DNA of 64,000 bases, from the NCBI GenBank assembly GCA_965655095.1, contig OZ296651.1:49104001-49168000 (forward strand). Direction: 5' to 3'. The notes below the pieces were generated by a model. The model ran no database searches. It was not told where the DNA came from and was given only the letters and a program-made list of their open reading frames with translations. The stretch comes from Haplodiscus bocki. Lineage: Eukaryota. Made by a program: the position numbers and the translations under genes. Positions within the stretch are counted from its first letter, which is position 1; each line of letters starts with the position of its first letter. Shown piece after piece: positions 1 through 13,950 of the stretch.

Positions 1-1900
1 AGAAAGTAAAAAACCGAGCAACCCTGCCTATTGGCAAGAGTCTGCACATACCGGAGTTTCAAATGAGCGCTGGATAAGTGGAATCCAACACGTAGTGCCG
101 GAGAAAGGCCTCATTGAAAAAATGCAAGAAATACTGCTCTGATTCACGCACAACCAGTCGCAAAAAACCATGCGTGGACAAAGAAACGAACGAAACATGA
201 CACCCCGTGCAGCTTGCTACTGGTTTAAAGAGTGAGATTCATAATGACTACTGGATGGCCGCAACCTAAGAAGTAGTTCTCGAGAAAGTTTTCAAAAAAA
301 AAACGGTGAACTTTCTAAACACCAAATTAAAGTCACTATATTTCGAGAAAGAAGTATAACACCGACATCGTCTTGTTCACGAATCTTCCATATATCAGGC
401 TTCTTAGTAACTACCGGATGGTCGGAATCCGGCAAAAAGCTTTCAAGATAAATATCTTGAATAAGAAAAAAAAACAAAGGATTCACAGCTTCACAATTAA
501 AAAGTCAATTTTTCACGCGTAGCGAATGAATCATACGAAACGAGACAATAATTGCCAACCTGCGCAGTCTCCATAATGCGTAGTATTGAAAAACACTAGA
601 TGGCCGTTGTCCAAGAAGTCGTCTTAGAGCAGTACCGCTTTAAAAAACGACGCAAGTGAAACATTTTCCAATTTCAAATTGGAAGCCGAGTCATTCGGTA
701 GAAAAAAAATGCATCATCCTTTGCACATGCCATACTCCTGACACATCGGCTGTTTCATTGGATGTTTCAAATTGAAGAAAAAAAAGCAAGTGTCTCCGGA
801 AACTGATTTCAGAAAAAGTCAGGCAATTAGCCGACAACAGTCATTATGTCTTTTCCGCGCTCGCGAAACAAAGCAGGCTGAGCAAGCAAGCGATGAGAAT
901 TTCCCGCATTATTCAACTACCGTATTGCTGAACAGCCGACGCGACTTTTGAGCGGTTCAGAAAAAAGTTTGATGATCCCTTTCGATAACACTTGAGTGTG
1001 AAGTGTAACAGAGGGGCCAAACTGCGCTTTGCAACACTTGCGCGATTCGTCAACCGATTTCCAGCCGACAGTTGCGAGAACAAATCCTGGGATCCAAAGG
1101 TTACATCAAAACTAACAGAAGCAAAGTAAATCATGCATTGCTCAGTAGTTGGCTAGCAAAAAAGGAAAGAACGTGTGCCTTCAATCATCTTTCCGCCAAT
1201 TAGCCGACCCAGAGAGAGCGCAATGACCCCAATTAGATCCATAGATTCCGAGAAAAGCAGTTTTGATGAGAGTCGCATGTTAAAACCACTTCGATTGTCT
1301 AGTTACAGAGGGCGATCTATTTCACAAAAAATTACTGAATGCAATCAATGCTCCCTCATGGATCGTCTGCGATGCGAGGAGTCCAAGTAGTGCCTGATAT
1401 ATGGGATTTGAGCGCAGTCTCCAGGAACAACACTTGTTGAAACACGCAAGTGAAAACCTCGCAAAAACTTTCCAGTCAGAAGTAAAAACGATTCGTTTAA
1501 GAACTCTGAAGACAAAATCATCCCGGATACTACCTAAAATCTCCGGGCATCATGTTTGAGCCATCAATTTTGAAAAAAGGCTCGAGATAAATATTCTGGT
1601 TGAAGGGGACAAAATTTCCGATTTCGGAGGCTCAACCGACAGTTGCTCTCACGTTGCAGATACTTTAGGCACCGCCAAGTCAATTCTGCTGTGGAGAGAT
1701 CAACTCGCCAGATTTCAAGAAAAAAAACGAGAAACGAAAGTGAAAACTGCGTTGATTTCAAACTCAGAATTTCAAGAAGACAAAATTGACAATTCCGGTT
1801 ACTCTGCAGAGTACCTACGTGTATTGGAATTATGTTCAAGCAAGCGCTGGGTGACCGCAATCCCCCCATCAGTCGAGAAAACAGTTTTGAATACCGACAC
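1..1900 (-). mobile_element. Decayed BEL/Pao LTR retrotransposon pol remnant (RT end / Pao RNase H / start of integrase)
   Basis: Minus-strand fragments resemble BEL motifs: 'GFHLR..S' (~1445-1460; GF.L.K..SN), 'LLFSESMDLIGVIAL..GRL' (~1195-1270; VS.VFDP.G..AP), 'LHF' (~990-1010; ELH.F.D) and 'FLPDSDHPVV' (~410-445). Frames are broken by many stops. Homologous by eye to 17130-17640. Confidence 0.55.
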
Positions 1901-1939
1901 AATTTAAAACATCCTGGATTTTACATTTGGAAGCCAAGA

Positions 1940-2448
1940 TTTTTATTTTCCACCATATTCTTTAGAATATAGAAAGCAAAATCTTCCTCTCAAATGGGTG
2001 CCGTTTTTGTTTTTTTTTACCCGATGTTTGCCAATTGAGCTCGCGCTGAAAATGATGTTGGCTCGCGTTTCTGAAAATGAAATTTTCTTTCACTAAATTG
2101 TAGCAAGTTCGCCGTAGAATGCGAGTGAAATAGTAAGATTTTTGAAAAGGTTCACAAATTGAGTCTTTTTTGAAATTTTGAAAAGTTTAAATTTTTTCAA
2201 AAACGCTAAATGTGGCAATTTTTTCTACAATGCGTTTCAAATGGTATTATTGCTTACAAATGTCTTTTCCGCCCTAGTTATGAAGTTTGTCGGCAGAAAA
2301 TTAGAAAATTTTGAACGCAGGAAAAATTAGAAAATATTACGAAGAAAGAGTTTTTCGAGAAAAAACGTTTCCATTTTTTGAAAGCATTTCCTACAAAAAT
2401 GGGAGGGCGCAAAATAAAAAGTATGCCGGTGGTAGCCGGCCGTCTTGT
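1940..2448 (+). mobile_element. Non-autonomous Helitron/Helentron-like element, copy A (no expanded minisatellite)
   Basis: Aligns by eye along its length with the reverse complement of 50538-51575 (e.g. ACCCGATGTTTGCCAATT-AGCTC and AGCCGGCCGTCTT). 3' hairpin GCCGG-TGGTAG-CCGGC at 2425-2440 followed by CGTCTTGT. Confidence 0.6.
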
Positions 2449-4581
2449 TCATTAGGAAATTGAAACACACCATTTCCGGTACTCAGCAGAATCTCTAGGG
2501 GACGAGTAGTTGAATTACACAGAATAATTACACACTGGATGGACCAAAAGGATTGCTGGCAAGGAAGCGCTGCAGAAAAAGCAACTTGAACAATTGTTTG
2601 CAACAAAGCGTGAAAGCATGAACAATTTTTATAGTCTGGAGAAGCAGTGATTTTAGGAATAATTTAACATCAATTTACACCATTTGTAAGTTTGTAACGA
2701 AGGGGCAAAATCGACCGTAAAACCCTTGCTCCGCTCGACTCGCAAAACTTGCGAGAAAAATACTCCCAGCACACGAATCAACACATCTTCCCGGTTTTCA
2801 AACCACAAGTTGAGTGGGCGGGAGCAAAATGATTATTTCAAAAAAGTGAACGAATAAATCGTGCTGGCCAATAAGAGTTGTGAAAATGATAGAGTAAAAA
2901 TAGAAGTGTGCAAATTCAGAAAATGTAAATTTAAGTGACTGATTTAAGAACATATTAATCAAATACTACATGCAACTCTACTTCCTTTCACCTATCTCTA
3001 TTTACTTGCCAGAGAAACAAGTAATTCTTGGAAAGAAATTTCAACAAAATGGAACAAGAATTTTAGTAGAAAGTTCATTTCACCGCTGAGCCGGAGAGAC
3101 ACGAATCTAATCGCAAAAGAGAGCAAAGAGTACTGAAAAGCACATCCTATAGCACTTAAGCTCATCAGTTCAAGGCCTCAAAAATTTATCAAATAACAAT
3201 GCAAAAAGGCCAATTTTTCTAGCTCTTACTAGAAAATAACCAAATACTTCTAGACCGTTTTGTAAGCCTTCCGCTCATATATGATAGAGGGCTCTTCGTG
3301 TATTGATCCGGAAAAAAAAGCCGGATGAAAAAAGGTTGAATTATACACTGCTGCACAGACACTAGTACAGACGGTGGAATGAGAAAAAATCAGGAAAAAA
3401 CGTGTTCTAACATTCACTTTGAAGAACTCCCAAAAGAAAAACACAGAGCCACAGAAACTCAACAAAAACTGAAGAACACCCTTATCAAGCAAAGTTCAGC
3501 TCTGTTACAATGCGGGCTGTCCCGCTATAGACTTTTCAAGTAATGAAAACGTACGTACATGTAACAATTTTCCCTGTTTTTCCCTATTCGAAAACCATCA
3601 AAAACACTTAAATCGTCTTGGACGCCCTGCTCCGCTTTGAGAACCGATGTGAGGTTATTTACGGTCCAAAACGTCAATCTCGGTCAAATTCCAGAAATCA
3701 GGGGTTTGATGCAAACTTTACTTTCGAAATTCCCACAAAACAGGCAAAGGCTCACAAAACCTATTGAAGGCTCGAGACTGCTTTTGTGTTTCTCGAAATT
3801 TGGGTTCTCCTGAAAGGTCAGCTGCCATTTTTGGAGTTGGAAAAGTAAAATTAGAAGTAGCAATTTTCCTTTGTTTCTCGCTGTTTTAATGTTTGTTTTT
3901 AACAACACGCTGTTTTTAATCCGTTTTTGTTTTTCTTCGGCGAATATTAGAATCGTTGCAAAGTGAGGCAATATCGAATAATGTCGAAAACTATGAAGAA
4001 AAAAGCACTTCTCTACGAAAATTCCTTCGAAAAATCCCAACAAAAGCAAGCAGAGCCACACAAAAACTCAGCATAAACCTCAGAGCTCCTCTTTTCTCAC
4101 TGCTGAAGCAAAAAAGCTCTACTGAATCCTTAGTTGTAGCGTCATAACTCTTTGTTGTTAGCAAAATAGAAATAAAAGTAGCAGTTTTCCATGTTGAGGC
4201 AAAATATTAAAGTATTCAAATGCTTTTGGAAGTCTTGAAAAGTTACAACACTTGGAAGCGGTTCGTTCCATCTTCATGAAACAACAAAGCAATCTGCTCA
4301 ACACCGGTATCACCTGACTGACTCTTTCGAAAATGACAACTTTTCGAAATCCAAGGTTTTTATTGACAAAAACACTCTTCAAAAATTTTATCATAAAAAA
4401 CTGCAAAAACCTCCAAAATCTTGGAGATCATATCTACAGGCGCAACTGAACGTTTTAATGCCAATTTTTTTGAAATATTCAAAGAAAATTCCGGAATCCC
4501 GCAAAAAACCTCGGAGCGTGTCGAATAAAATTTCCTGCCACCAACCAAACCAGTTTGTAGAAAACTTTGATTGACTATTCA

Positions 4582-4779
4582 NNNNNNNNNNNNNNNNNNN
4601 NNNNNNNNNNNNNNNNNNNNNNNNNNNNNNNNNNNNNNNNNNNNNNNNNNNNNNNNNNNNNNNNNNNNNNNNNNNNNNNNNNNNNNNNNNNNNNNNNNNN
4701 NNNNNNNNNNNNNNNNNNNNNNNNNNNNNNNNNNNNNNNNNNNNNNNNNNNNNNNNNNNNNNNNNNNNNNNNNNNNNNN
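4582..4779. other. Run of N (assembly gap or masked block, 198 nt)
   Basis: Directly visible. Confidence 0.99.
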
Positions 4780-6099
4780 CATAAGTTTGACTGCGCGCTC
4801 TTTGCTAGTGTGTAAATTGATCGCGTGGGACACCCACGAAAAAAAATAAAACCCACCCGTAAAACACACCGCTACACGAGCTGACTCGTTTGAAAATTGC
4901 TGCAGCAGTTAAGTTAACGAATAGATTCTAATGAGCTTCTACTATCAAAGCACCAATGTACTTTCGCAGTGATATTGTCTCAATAAATGTAAAGGCGCAA
5001 AGATGTTTGATTGGGCTTCAGTATTGGCACTCAAGAACAAGAAGCGAGCCTCTGATCCTGCAAAACAGTCTCAGTCCTCCAGCTAGCAACGGTAGTCGTT
5101 CGCCGAAACACTTCAAGACCTCTCTACGATGCAGAAATTTTTATTTCCTAAAAAATTTTGTAACAAACATTTCCTGAAAAACAAAATCGAAACATGCATT
5201 GACGCGAAGTAGTAAGAGAATTTATTTGAAGAGGGTCCACTGGGCCAACAGATAAAACCGATGATCTTAGTTTCCAATAAGTTCAACCAGTATGGAAAAA
5301 ATACAGAATCTTCAACGCGTGCTAGGTCAGGCTAAACAACCTTACGAAAGGCTGAGCAAAACGAGATTGGTTAAAAAAATCGAAACTTGCGATGAACGGA
5401 TTAAATTCATATTTTGCAACACAATTTCGCCTGGCGGAAACATTCTTCAGCAGGAAAAACTTTATGTGAAATATTATCAAACAATAACCAGCACGAACAC
5501 TCGTAGCCAATGGGCTTCAGGTAGCTACTGGGTTCGAGGTACTACAGTGAAGTAGTAGAATGGAAATCAAAACTTGATAGGTGAGTTCTTGACATTCAGA
5601 TTGTTTTCGCAAAAAAACCATTCAGCGGTAAAAATTCAAAAAATGTAATTCTACGAAAAAAAGCAGCTTGTAATTGGTAAAAGCTTTGCATGCAAAGCAT
5701 CTCAAAACAAATGTCCAGTATCATCCCAGATTGGAAGAAACGGGTAAAGTATAAAAATTGAAGAACTACTCACTAACTCAAGCTAAAGAACAAAAAGTTT
5801 CAGCCATTTTCTCGGAAAAGTTTTCCCTACCGGAAACAGGCTCAGAGTCATGAGCCTCTCAGAAGAGTTCCGAGAAGTTTCACGTTCTTTGCAAAATGGA
5901 AAGAAAAATCAAAAAAAATACAAATCGAAAAACCGCAAAAAGGAGAACGCTAAAAGCTCGAAGCCGACAGAAAAGGAGCAAAACTGAATCACATCAGATT
6001 CCCGATTCTTCAAGTACTGGAAAAATTTTTGGTCTCCACAACCTTCTCAGCGTAAATTATGAGAAGGATACAATTCACCTCTCCGGGAATTGATAATCG

Positions 6100-7950
6100 T
6101 AGCATTACTATTCTTCGTCCTGATATAATACGAAAACAATCATCAACTCAGTACGCAGGCCATTTCCTCCGCTCGTTTGCCCAATCTGATTCTTTAAGTA
6201 AGTAGCTTCTCGCTTGAGTACATCATCATCCCACCTAACTTCCATGGTGTACTTGTTAGTCACAATAGACGAGATTCGCACAAAAGATCTACGTTCGAAA
6301 CCCTCCACCACCAGACTTTTTCAAACGTCTTTCGGGTTATTATCAACTTCTACGAGGAAAACTTCATCTCTTTTACTTAAAGTATTTTCGGCTTCACGAA
6401 GATTTTTAACGCAAAATCATCTCAATTAAGAACTTTTTCCGAGCACCATTGAGTACTCTCGTTGAGTTTTGGATTTCTGAAGAATCCAGAAGAATTTGGA
6501 AACATTATTATAAAAAAAATTTTAATGAAAAATTTTTGACTTCACTCGAACGACAGGCTGGACATTTTCCATCATTTTTTTCGACATCTTAATTTGCAGA
6601 CGAGCGTTGGCTGAAAACATCATAAGTCATGTCTTCCGCAATGACTTACTTGAAGACCGAAAAAAACACTAAGCGAAAATTATGAAAGTGGATGTTCTCA
6701 TCAACCTCTAAATCGACAATCTTCTACTTGTAGAAGCTTATTCGATAAAGTTATAAATCTTTCGGATATTTGGATTATAAAAAAGACAGAAATTGATAAT
6801 GTCAAAACTGTGAGTAGTAATGATCGTTCTCGATTCGAAACACAATGTTCGTCAAAACTAGCAGCTTGTTTTCAACCACCGAAAAGTCACTTCGCATATT
6901 TCTACTTATAAAGGGTTATTCTATGATATTGTTCACTTCTTTCTCTAGTTTCAAAAACAGATTGGTCGAAAATGTCAAGAAGTGCTAATGAAAAAATCAC
7001 TATCGTGTTGCAAAATCAATTTTTGCCAACACTACCTAACACATATCTCCCACGAAGGTTTCAATCATCAACTCTGACTGTACAAAGCTCGTTGGGAATC
7101 ATTTCATTGGTTTAGCTCCTGGCATCAGAATCCTGACAGATTGTACGAGTCGAAAAGATATACTGGCATTCAGTTTTCACGATACTTCTACGAAACTACC
7201 GGTTTCAATTCTCCCATCATGGTGCCCGCAGACACCGTTTTGGTAATGGAAAGTCATTCAACACTCAAATTTTCTGTTGTTTTCACTAGCAGTGTATTCA
7301 TGAAGACCATAACTTCTAAGATATGCTTTAGTTGTGACTACTCCAGATAATTATACATGCTTCTCCCAAGCGACAATTGCAATTTCTCCTATCAAGGTGT
7401 CAATCAATATTATTCTCTTCGTGAAACGGCATCAAGAAAAAAAACATTATTTTTCAAGTATCATCCTTCTGACGATGACCACATTGGCCCAAGTATTCGA
7501 GAAAAACAGAATTGCCAATTAATATTTTTGATTCCAACACAATTTCTTCTAAACGCCGGTGTTGATTTCAACCAAGGTCTCTATCTGCCATTTCCATTTC
7601 ACTTTTGAAGGACGTACTCTGACGTTATACTTTTCAATTTTGCTATTTGGTATCCGGAAACTGCTAGGCCAAAAATGCCGAAAAGAGCCATTATCAAGGG
7701 CGACCGTTCCCTATTTTCGAGTCAGGTCGCACCAGGAATTCGTCTCAATTTCTTTGATTAGGATTCTTCGGCCGCTTTCTCATTTGTAGAAGGGCAATAT
7801 TCATATATTTCATTCACTTTCTTTCCTTGTATTGAAACACTGGTTGACAGAAAAAGCGAATTGTAATTAGTAGCCAGTGTTTCCGATATTCCAACTTCTC
7901 AAACTTATCGCATTGATCTCTTCGATCAATGTCTCAGTAGACGGTCGCCC
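6100..7950 (-). mobile_element. Probable decayed Penelope-like element (RT plus GIY-YIG)
   Basis: Ordered degenerate minus-strand motifs: DKGNG-like (~7700), 'FLDAVS' (~7425-7440; SLDV.SL), 'AGTMMG' (~7215-7235; G.AMG), 'GRYVL' (~7020; RYVDD-like), 'LREAENTLSKRDE' (~6370-6400; IGET.R.L..R..E) and 'KREATYL' (~6200). All are heavily mutated. Confidence 0.4.
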
Positions 7951-10149
7951 ATAATGTATGCAAGTTTGGGACCTACATGGAAGAACTGTTGCGCAAAAAA
8001 GTCACAAAACGCGGTTAATGATGATTTTTATTGGTTTTCAAAAAGATGTTCTGCAAAACTATTTTTCAAACTCCTTCAAACAAAAGCTTCATCGAGAGCA
8101 GTTCGTGAATGATTAAGATTCTATGGTTCTCCCAATCTCGATAGAAAACTGAGTCTCAAAAGGGTAATTAATGAAACCTGCAAACGTAACTTCAAATGGC
8201 AAAGGGTATTCGCTTCTCAAAATCGCATTTCAGCCAAAGCGCAGGATTTTTCTTGAGACTAATCGATGAACTTCAGATCAACAATTACTGCCGCGCTATA
8301 GATGGAGAACATCGCAGCGTCGCTGCAACTTTTGTATTTTTCATTCTCTCAAGCTATTGACTTCGAAACTTCAGCGTCGAACGAGTAACTCCTAATTCAA
8401 TCTATTTAACTGGAAAATCCCGACACTCTCAAAAGTTTCTTTTGTTAAGCATTTTTGAACAATCTTCTGGAAAATGAGAACGAAACGCAAAAAGACGTCA
8501 TGCTAAACTTTTGCAAAGAATAAGTAGTAAATGTTTATGAGCTGAAAGATGAACAAGACCAGCAAAGTAGTTCTTGAGAAGAATTGTTCCAAAATCCCAG
8601 GAGGACTAGGAAACTTCCGTGTTCTGGTAAATTTAAACAACTTCCCGCCAAAAATAAAAAAAAAATTCTTGCAGTACAACAATGCCAATTTATAACCTGG
8701 TTTTGATTATGCCCATGATGAACAAAGCAAAGATCTAGTTAAAGAAAAAAAAGCTTCATGAAAATCGATGAAGAGTTTTTCCTGCTGGTAATATCAAACA
8801 ATTTTCCACTCAAAGTCAGCCCTAGTTTTAAAAATTTTCTGACCATTTGAAATCATAATTTAAAGGAAATGAAAATCCAACTCAAATTCATGCTGGTCCA
8901 GATTGACTCTGTATGACACTGAGGTGAAGCTTCGCTTCGCATACAATTGTAATAAAAGTGAGCAAAGGCATCGACTTATTGCCGACCGACGAAAATGCTT
9001 TCTTTGTGTTTTCAATATGATAAACTAAGAGAAAAATTCGCAGAAAATGGAAAACACATATGTAGGGAGTAGGACTTTCTGGCTCTACTGAATTTTTTTT
9101 ATTGCAGGATTTACAATCAGCACTCAAACGTCGCAGTCCTCCCAGTACCCGTCGAGAAAAACAACTTTGGAACAAATGGGAAACATAAAAACTTAGTATC
9201 TCGAAAAATATTTCCAAAGAATTCAGTCGAAGATTTTGCTACGTCAAAACAATTGCACTGGACTTATTTATATATTCTGCACTTTGCCGTCTCTTGGGAG
9301 AGCACTGGATGCCCGCAGTGCAACCAGTAGTTTGCGAGAAAATCAACTTGAAAACCTAGGCAAGGAAAAATGATCAAAGCAACCAAACAGATCAGAGCAA
9401 ACACGTTGGAATTAAGACACGGCACCTTCCGAGTTCTCCACATGTTTCTCAAAAGCAGGATACTGAAAAAGCAGCATTCAGTGACCTAAAATGCAAACGG
9501 TAGTTTTCGAGATGGACGATACTGAAGACGCAAAAGATCAACTGAAACTTCATAAAAATAAGTCTAAAAATTCATATGGAAGGTAAAAATGGCACCTACC
9601 GGGCCGTGATCGGCTTCACATATTTTGGGCTTTGAAATGACTGCTCGATGCTCTCAATCCATCCAGCAGGCATTGGGAAAGAAAAACATTTGAAGGCATG
9701 TAAAGCAAAAGTTTCACGGAATTTAAAAAACAGGTGAAAAGTCGTTCCGAAGGTATGAAATGGACTTCCCTGCTTCTCTGCAGACTCCCAAAAGTGCAAA
9801 ATTGGAAAATTCGGAAAGCTCCCGGTCGCAGTTAGTTGAATCAGCTTTGGAAGGACACCACTGGACAAGGAGACATCGATAAAGACACTTTCAACAAACT
9901 ACACAAAAACATCTTTGAATCATGAACCACAAGATATTGCACAATAGAAGTTGAAAAGGGACCAACCTCGTTGCTCATCAAAAAATCTAAGCATCCAGCT
10001 AAAGCACGGGCGATAGATGAACTCAGTCCTACCGGTAGCCTTCAAGAAAGACACTTAACGAGCGAAAAAAAGTCAAAACAATTCCAATTTAGCCAATTGA
10101 AATCAAGATTTTCGCACGATGTTACAAAAAAACCACTCATTATACTCCA

Positions 10150-13100
10150 CAAAACCTCTGGTTAATATATTAACGAAGCAGCGCTAGATGAACCGGATCA
10201 GACCAATAGCCGATTCGAAAAACGACAAACGAAAGGAAAAACATTAATTTTTTCGATTTCAGGTCAATTTTGCAAAATACAAAGTACGAAATCTTGTTAG
10301 AGAAGAAGGTGTTAGACAATCACTGCACCTCCAGCAAGAATCACGGCAACAATTTGGCCAAGTTGCTGTGAGTCGACAAAATCTGCGCCACAGTCTTCAA
10401 GAATAACGCCTTCGAAGAATGACACAAGTAGTAGCATGTTTGGTTATTCAATTACAATTTGCACACCATTCGTCAAAAAATGATAGAACACTTAGCCCCG
10501 AGAACTATAGAGAACTTCTAAGCAGGAAAAGTGAAATTTGCATTGGATGGACCCAATCCAAACACTGGTCAACAATGAAAACAGTTTTAACGAACGACAC
10601 CATTAGAAATATCTTTAATTTTTCCAACACAAAGTAAAACATAGGCGCCAAGGTGCCTAGCGCAAGGCTCGCGAAGATACCCAACCTCTTGACTACAACG
10701 CTGACTTCAAGCTCATGCAATGCCATGGAGCATGTAGCAAAATCCGCAGAGATTAGGCGGACAACAACGAACGGAGATAACAGCGGAGGTTTAAGGTAGC
10801 ATTCCTAACTTTAAACAAAATTGAACAGAAAAAAATTGTCATCTCAAAAATCAGCAAAAGCCAACCCGTATTTGGCAAATGCCGTCTCGGAACAGCAAGG
10901 TTCCAAACGTTGACAACTAGGGAGTTAATTAAAGGAATACGAATCTGGGAACAAAAATTCGTCCCAAAAAGCCCTGTTTTCTCGATAACTTTTCTCAGAA
11001 AACTCGACTAAGAGAATTTTCGTGCAACCAGAAGGTCTTATAAGCAATGAGAAGATTCTGAGGTTTAATAGGAGACACAATCACGAGTCAGTTTTTCAGG
11101 CTATGAGAGTCCTAGTAACTTATCGCAAAGGGCAAAAAAAGTTGAAAAAAATTGTTCTACATCCAAAGAATACCTTGGCCAGACCACCTATCTACGACCG
11201 AACATACCCTGAAAAGCCTTCGACTGCTTCTTCAGGCAATCAAGTGGGCGTCATCAAACTCAGTTCATTTCTATTTTGCAACCGGATATGAAGTTTTTGG
11301 AAGAGTCGACAAAGGTAAAGGAAACCCACTTTTCTTTCCCACAACTTTCGGAAAAAAATCCGGGATAAAAATTCGCTCAGAGTCGAAACCTGATACGAAA
11401 CTCATTGCTATTGCTCAAACAGTTCCTCAATTCTAGTGATATGCATCACTTTGAGGCACGCTAAACTGTAGATAATGCAAAATAATATTTAAAAAGTCAA
11501 TTTTTTGTTCAAAAAAATCGGTCAAAAAATTAGGAAAAAACAGGAAATTATCAGCCAAAGTCTGAATGCAACTAACGTTTGATATTCCATCACCTAACCG
11601 TCATTGAAATACCACAGATGTGATATTAGGTCGGAGAATTGTGAAAGAGTAACATTTACCCGCTGAAAAAATCTGGGTTTGCAATTATTTCCGCCAAAAA
11701 CTCGCCGACGGGAAATTTTCGGCTTCCAAAAATTTCAGCCCGGTCATTCACAACAATACCAATGCAGCTAAGCGATAAGCAAAAGGATCCTCTAAATGTG
11801 TTTGTAGAGAAGGAGCGTGAAAGTTGAGAAAGGCAGTGGGCAATGAGGAAGGTCACATCTGTTTCGAAAAAATCAGCTATTTTTTTGACTGAAATTGGCC
11901 GGAAAATTATTTTTCGCAACAACTTTTAGGGCACGCCACTCAACTGAACGGCGCGCCATCGATTAGTGCAAAAAATTAGCATGTCCAAGCTTACTGTAGA
12001 CAGAGGACTCAAAAATATACCGTGTGCCCTCTAAAAAATCCGAAAATTGAAATTTTTACGTCCAATAACTCGCTGAAAAAATTCGGCGGCCGAAAGTTTT
12101 GGACAGGATAGATCGTGAACCCATCGTAGTGTTTTTACAAGAATCCGATGCATCCGACCAATAGGTGCTGAGAAAATTAGATTTAAAGAGTTGAAACGCA
12201 GAGGGATGTCACGAACGGGAAAAAAACGAAATCAGTTTGACGTATCTTTCTGCGAAAAGGGTTCGCTCCGCTCGCCTAAAAATAGCTAGAATGAAGATGA
12301 AAACAGATATTCGCGGACACTCATCAGAAACATCGAACATTGGATAGTTGAATTATTACTGGACTAACTCAAGCCAATGAGTACATATTGAGTAAAACAT
12401 TTTCCCGAGAGACCTAATTTGACACACGATTTGAAAAAAAAACAAGATATTTCGCAATAAAAACGCAGAAAAAACGCATTGTCGGAAGGTTATGAAGCAC
12501 TTGATATCTGCCAAAACAAGCGACGACTCAGAAATCGAATTAGTGCTGGATTCACTTGATTAAAAGGCCACGTCAAGAACATTGATATCACACAGCGACG
12601 CGACATGATAAATTTGAACTCTAGCGGGAAAGCACACTTTGACAGCGAGAACGGAAAAGTTGTGGGTACTGAACGGATCGGAGAAAAAGTTGACAACCCT
12701 ATTCCAAAACACCCTTTAGTGGCAACTAAAAGAGAAGCAAAGCAGAGTTTAACAAAGCTGGCATGACACATTACGCCAGGTTTGTGAAACATCGGAGCAG
12801 CGTTAACCATGAAAACGGGAAGAAAGCTGTTAACAAAAAGAAAAATTCTAAAATTATCGGTACGAAAGTCTACCTCAGCAAAAAAAAATGAAATTTGCCT
12901 GACTGCCTAACATATCATTCCGGGGATCTTTCCTCAAGATGGAAGTTCGTTTCAAAGCGAAAAGGAGTAAGATAAAAAAAAGTTCTTCAATCCCAGATCG
13001 GTGGCAAACATAAACCCTATTGGAGCTCTCTAACCAATCACACATTAGTTTAACTGCCGGTAATCGAGCTTGAATTGTAGTACCAGCATTTGTGTTTGAA

Positions 13101-13950
13101 CTCGAAGTGATGCAATTGTAGCCAAAAGGCTAACCTGGTAAGCAACTAACGAAAACTATGTAATAATGCAAACTGTAGCAGTGTCAGGCAGGCTGAGTAG
13201 CACAAAAACGAACTCCCTCCATGAAAAATTGGAAAGTCATCAAAATTCAACACTTTCTAATTAAAATAGCTGGATTCGTATTCACTAAAATGATTTGGAA
13301 GGCAATCGACCAAAATTATGCATAATTCCAAATTTAACTACCTCTGCAGTATTGAAAAAAAGGCTAAAAAAACCATTCTGAAGGAAAATGTTCAATAATT
13401 AAACGATAATTGAAAGACATGCTCTCAGTAAAAGTTTTCCACGCGCAACTAGCTGAAAACCAAATTATAAGACAACCGAGCGAAAGCTCCACAAAGTTCA
13501 TGAAAATTAGCAATTTTTTGTTTACTTTCAGCGACCGAAAAGTTAGCGTGAAGAGCAACTTTGAGAGTTCTTGCTGTATTAGGCACTTTTTGGTCCTGTA
13601 TCTTAATAGCTCGGCTTACTGGCAAGATGGTTTCACAGGTTGGCAAGAGTGCAAAAAGCTTGAGGAAAACGCGATAAATGCTAATCTGGCGCATTTTATA
13701 ATAGCATAAAAAAAATTGAGCAAATTAAACACCTAAAGTGTCCGACTACATTTGTGTTCCCTGTTCAATTAGTTTCTACAAAGAGTTCATATTGATATCA
13801 AAATAGGAAACCAGCTAATTTTCGACTTATTCTAAAACACCTTTTTCGGAGGAATATTTCAAAAATTTGAAAAAATTCTTTGAAACACATTATTTTGAGA
13901 CGACTGAAACTGCACGAGTAGTGGAGAGGTTATTCGTTAGCCAAAAGAGA
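10150..13950 (+). mobile_element. Decayed CR1/L2-type LINE remnant interrupted by a non-autonomous element
   Basis: Degenerate 'GIFPQD' (~12920; G.FP..WK) and C-terminal 'LVLYLNSSAYW...KKLE' (13590-13670; Y.S..W...KLE). ORF1-like and endonuclease-like fragments lie upstream. Confidence 0.35.
11655..12285 (+). mobile_element. Non-autonomous MITE/HINE-like element
   Basis: Starts TTTACCCGCTGAAAAA (CCGCTGAAAA also starts the element at ~27160). Internal imperfect inverted pair TTTTAGGGCACG / CGTGTGCCCTCTAAAA. GC-rich 3' end GGGTTCGCTCCGCTCGCC. Non-coding. Confidence 0.35.

Noticed and set aside
4567-4869. ORFs spanning the N blocks (also 55310-55718 and 62792-63142)
   Set aside because: They are artefacts of translating Ns; the content of these blocks cannot be assessed.
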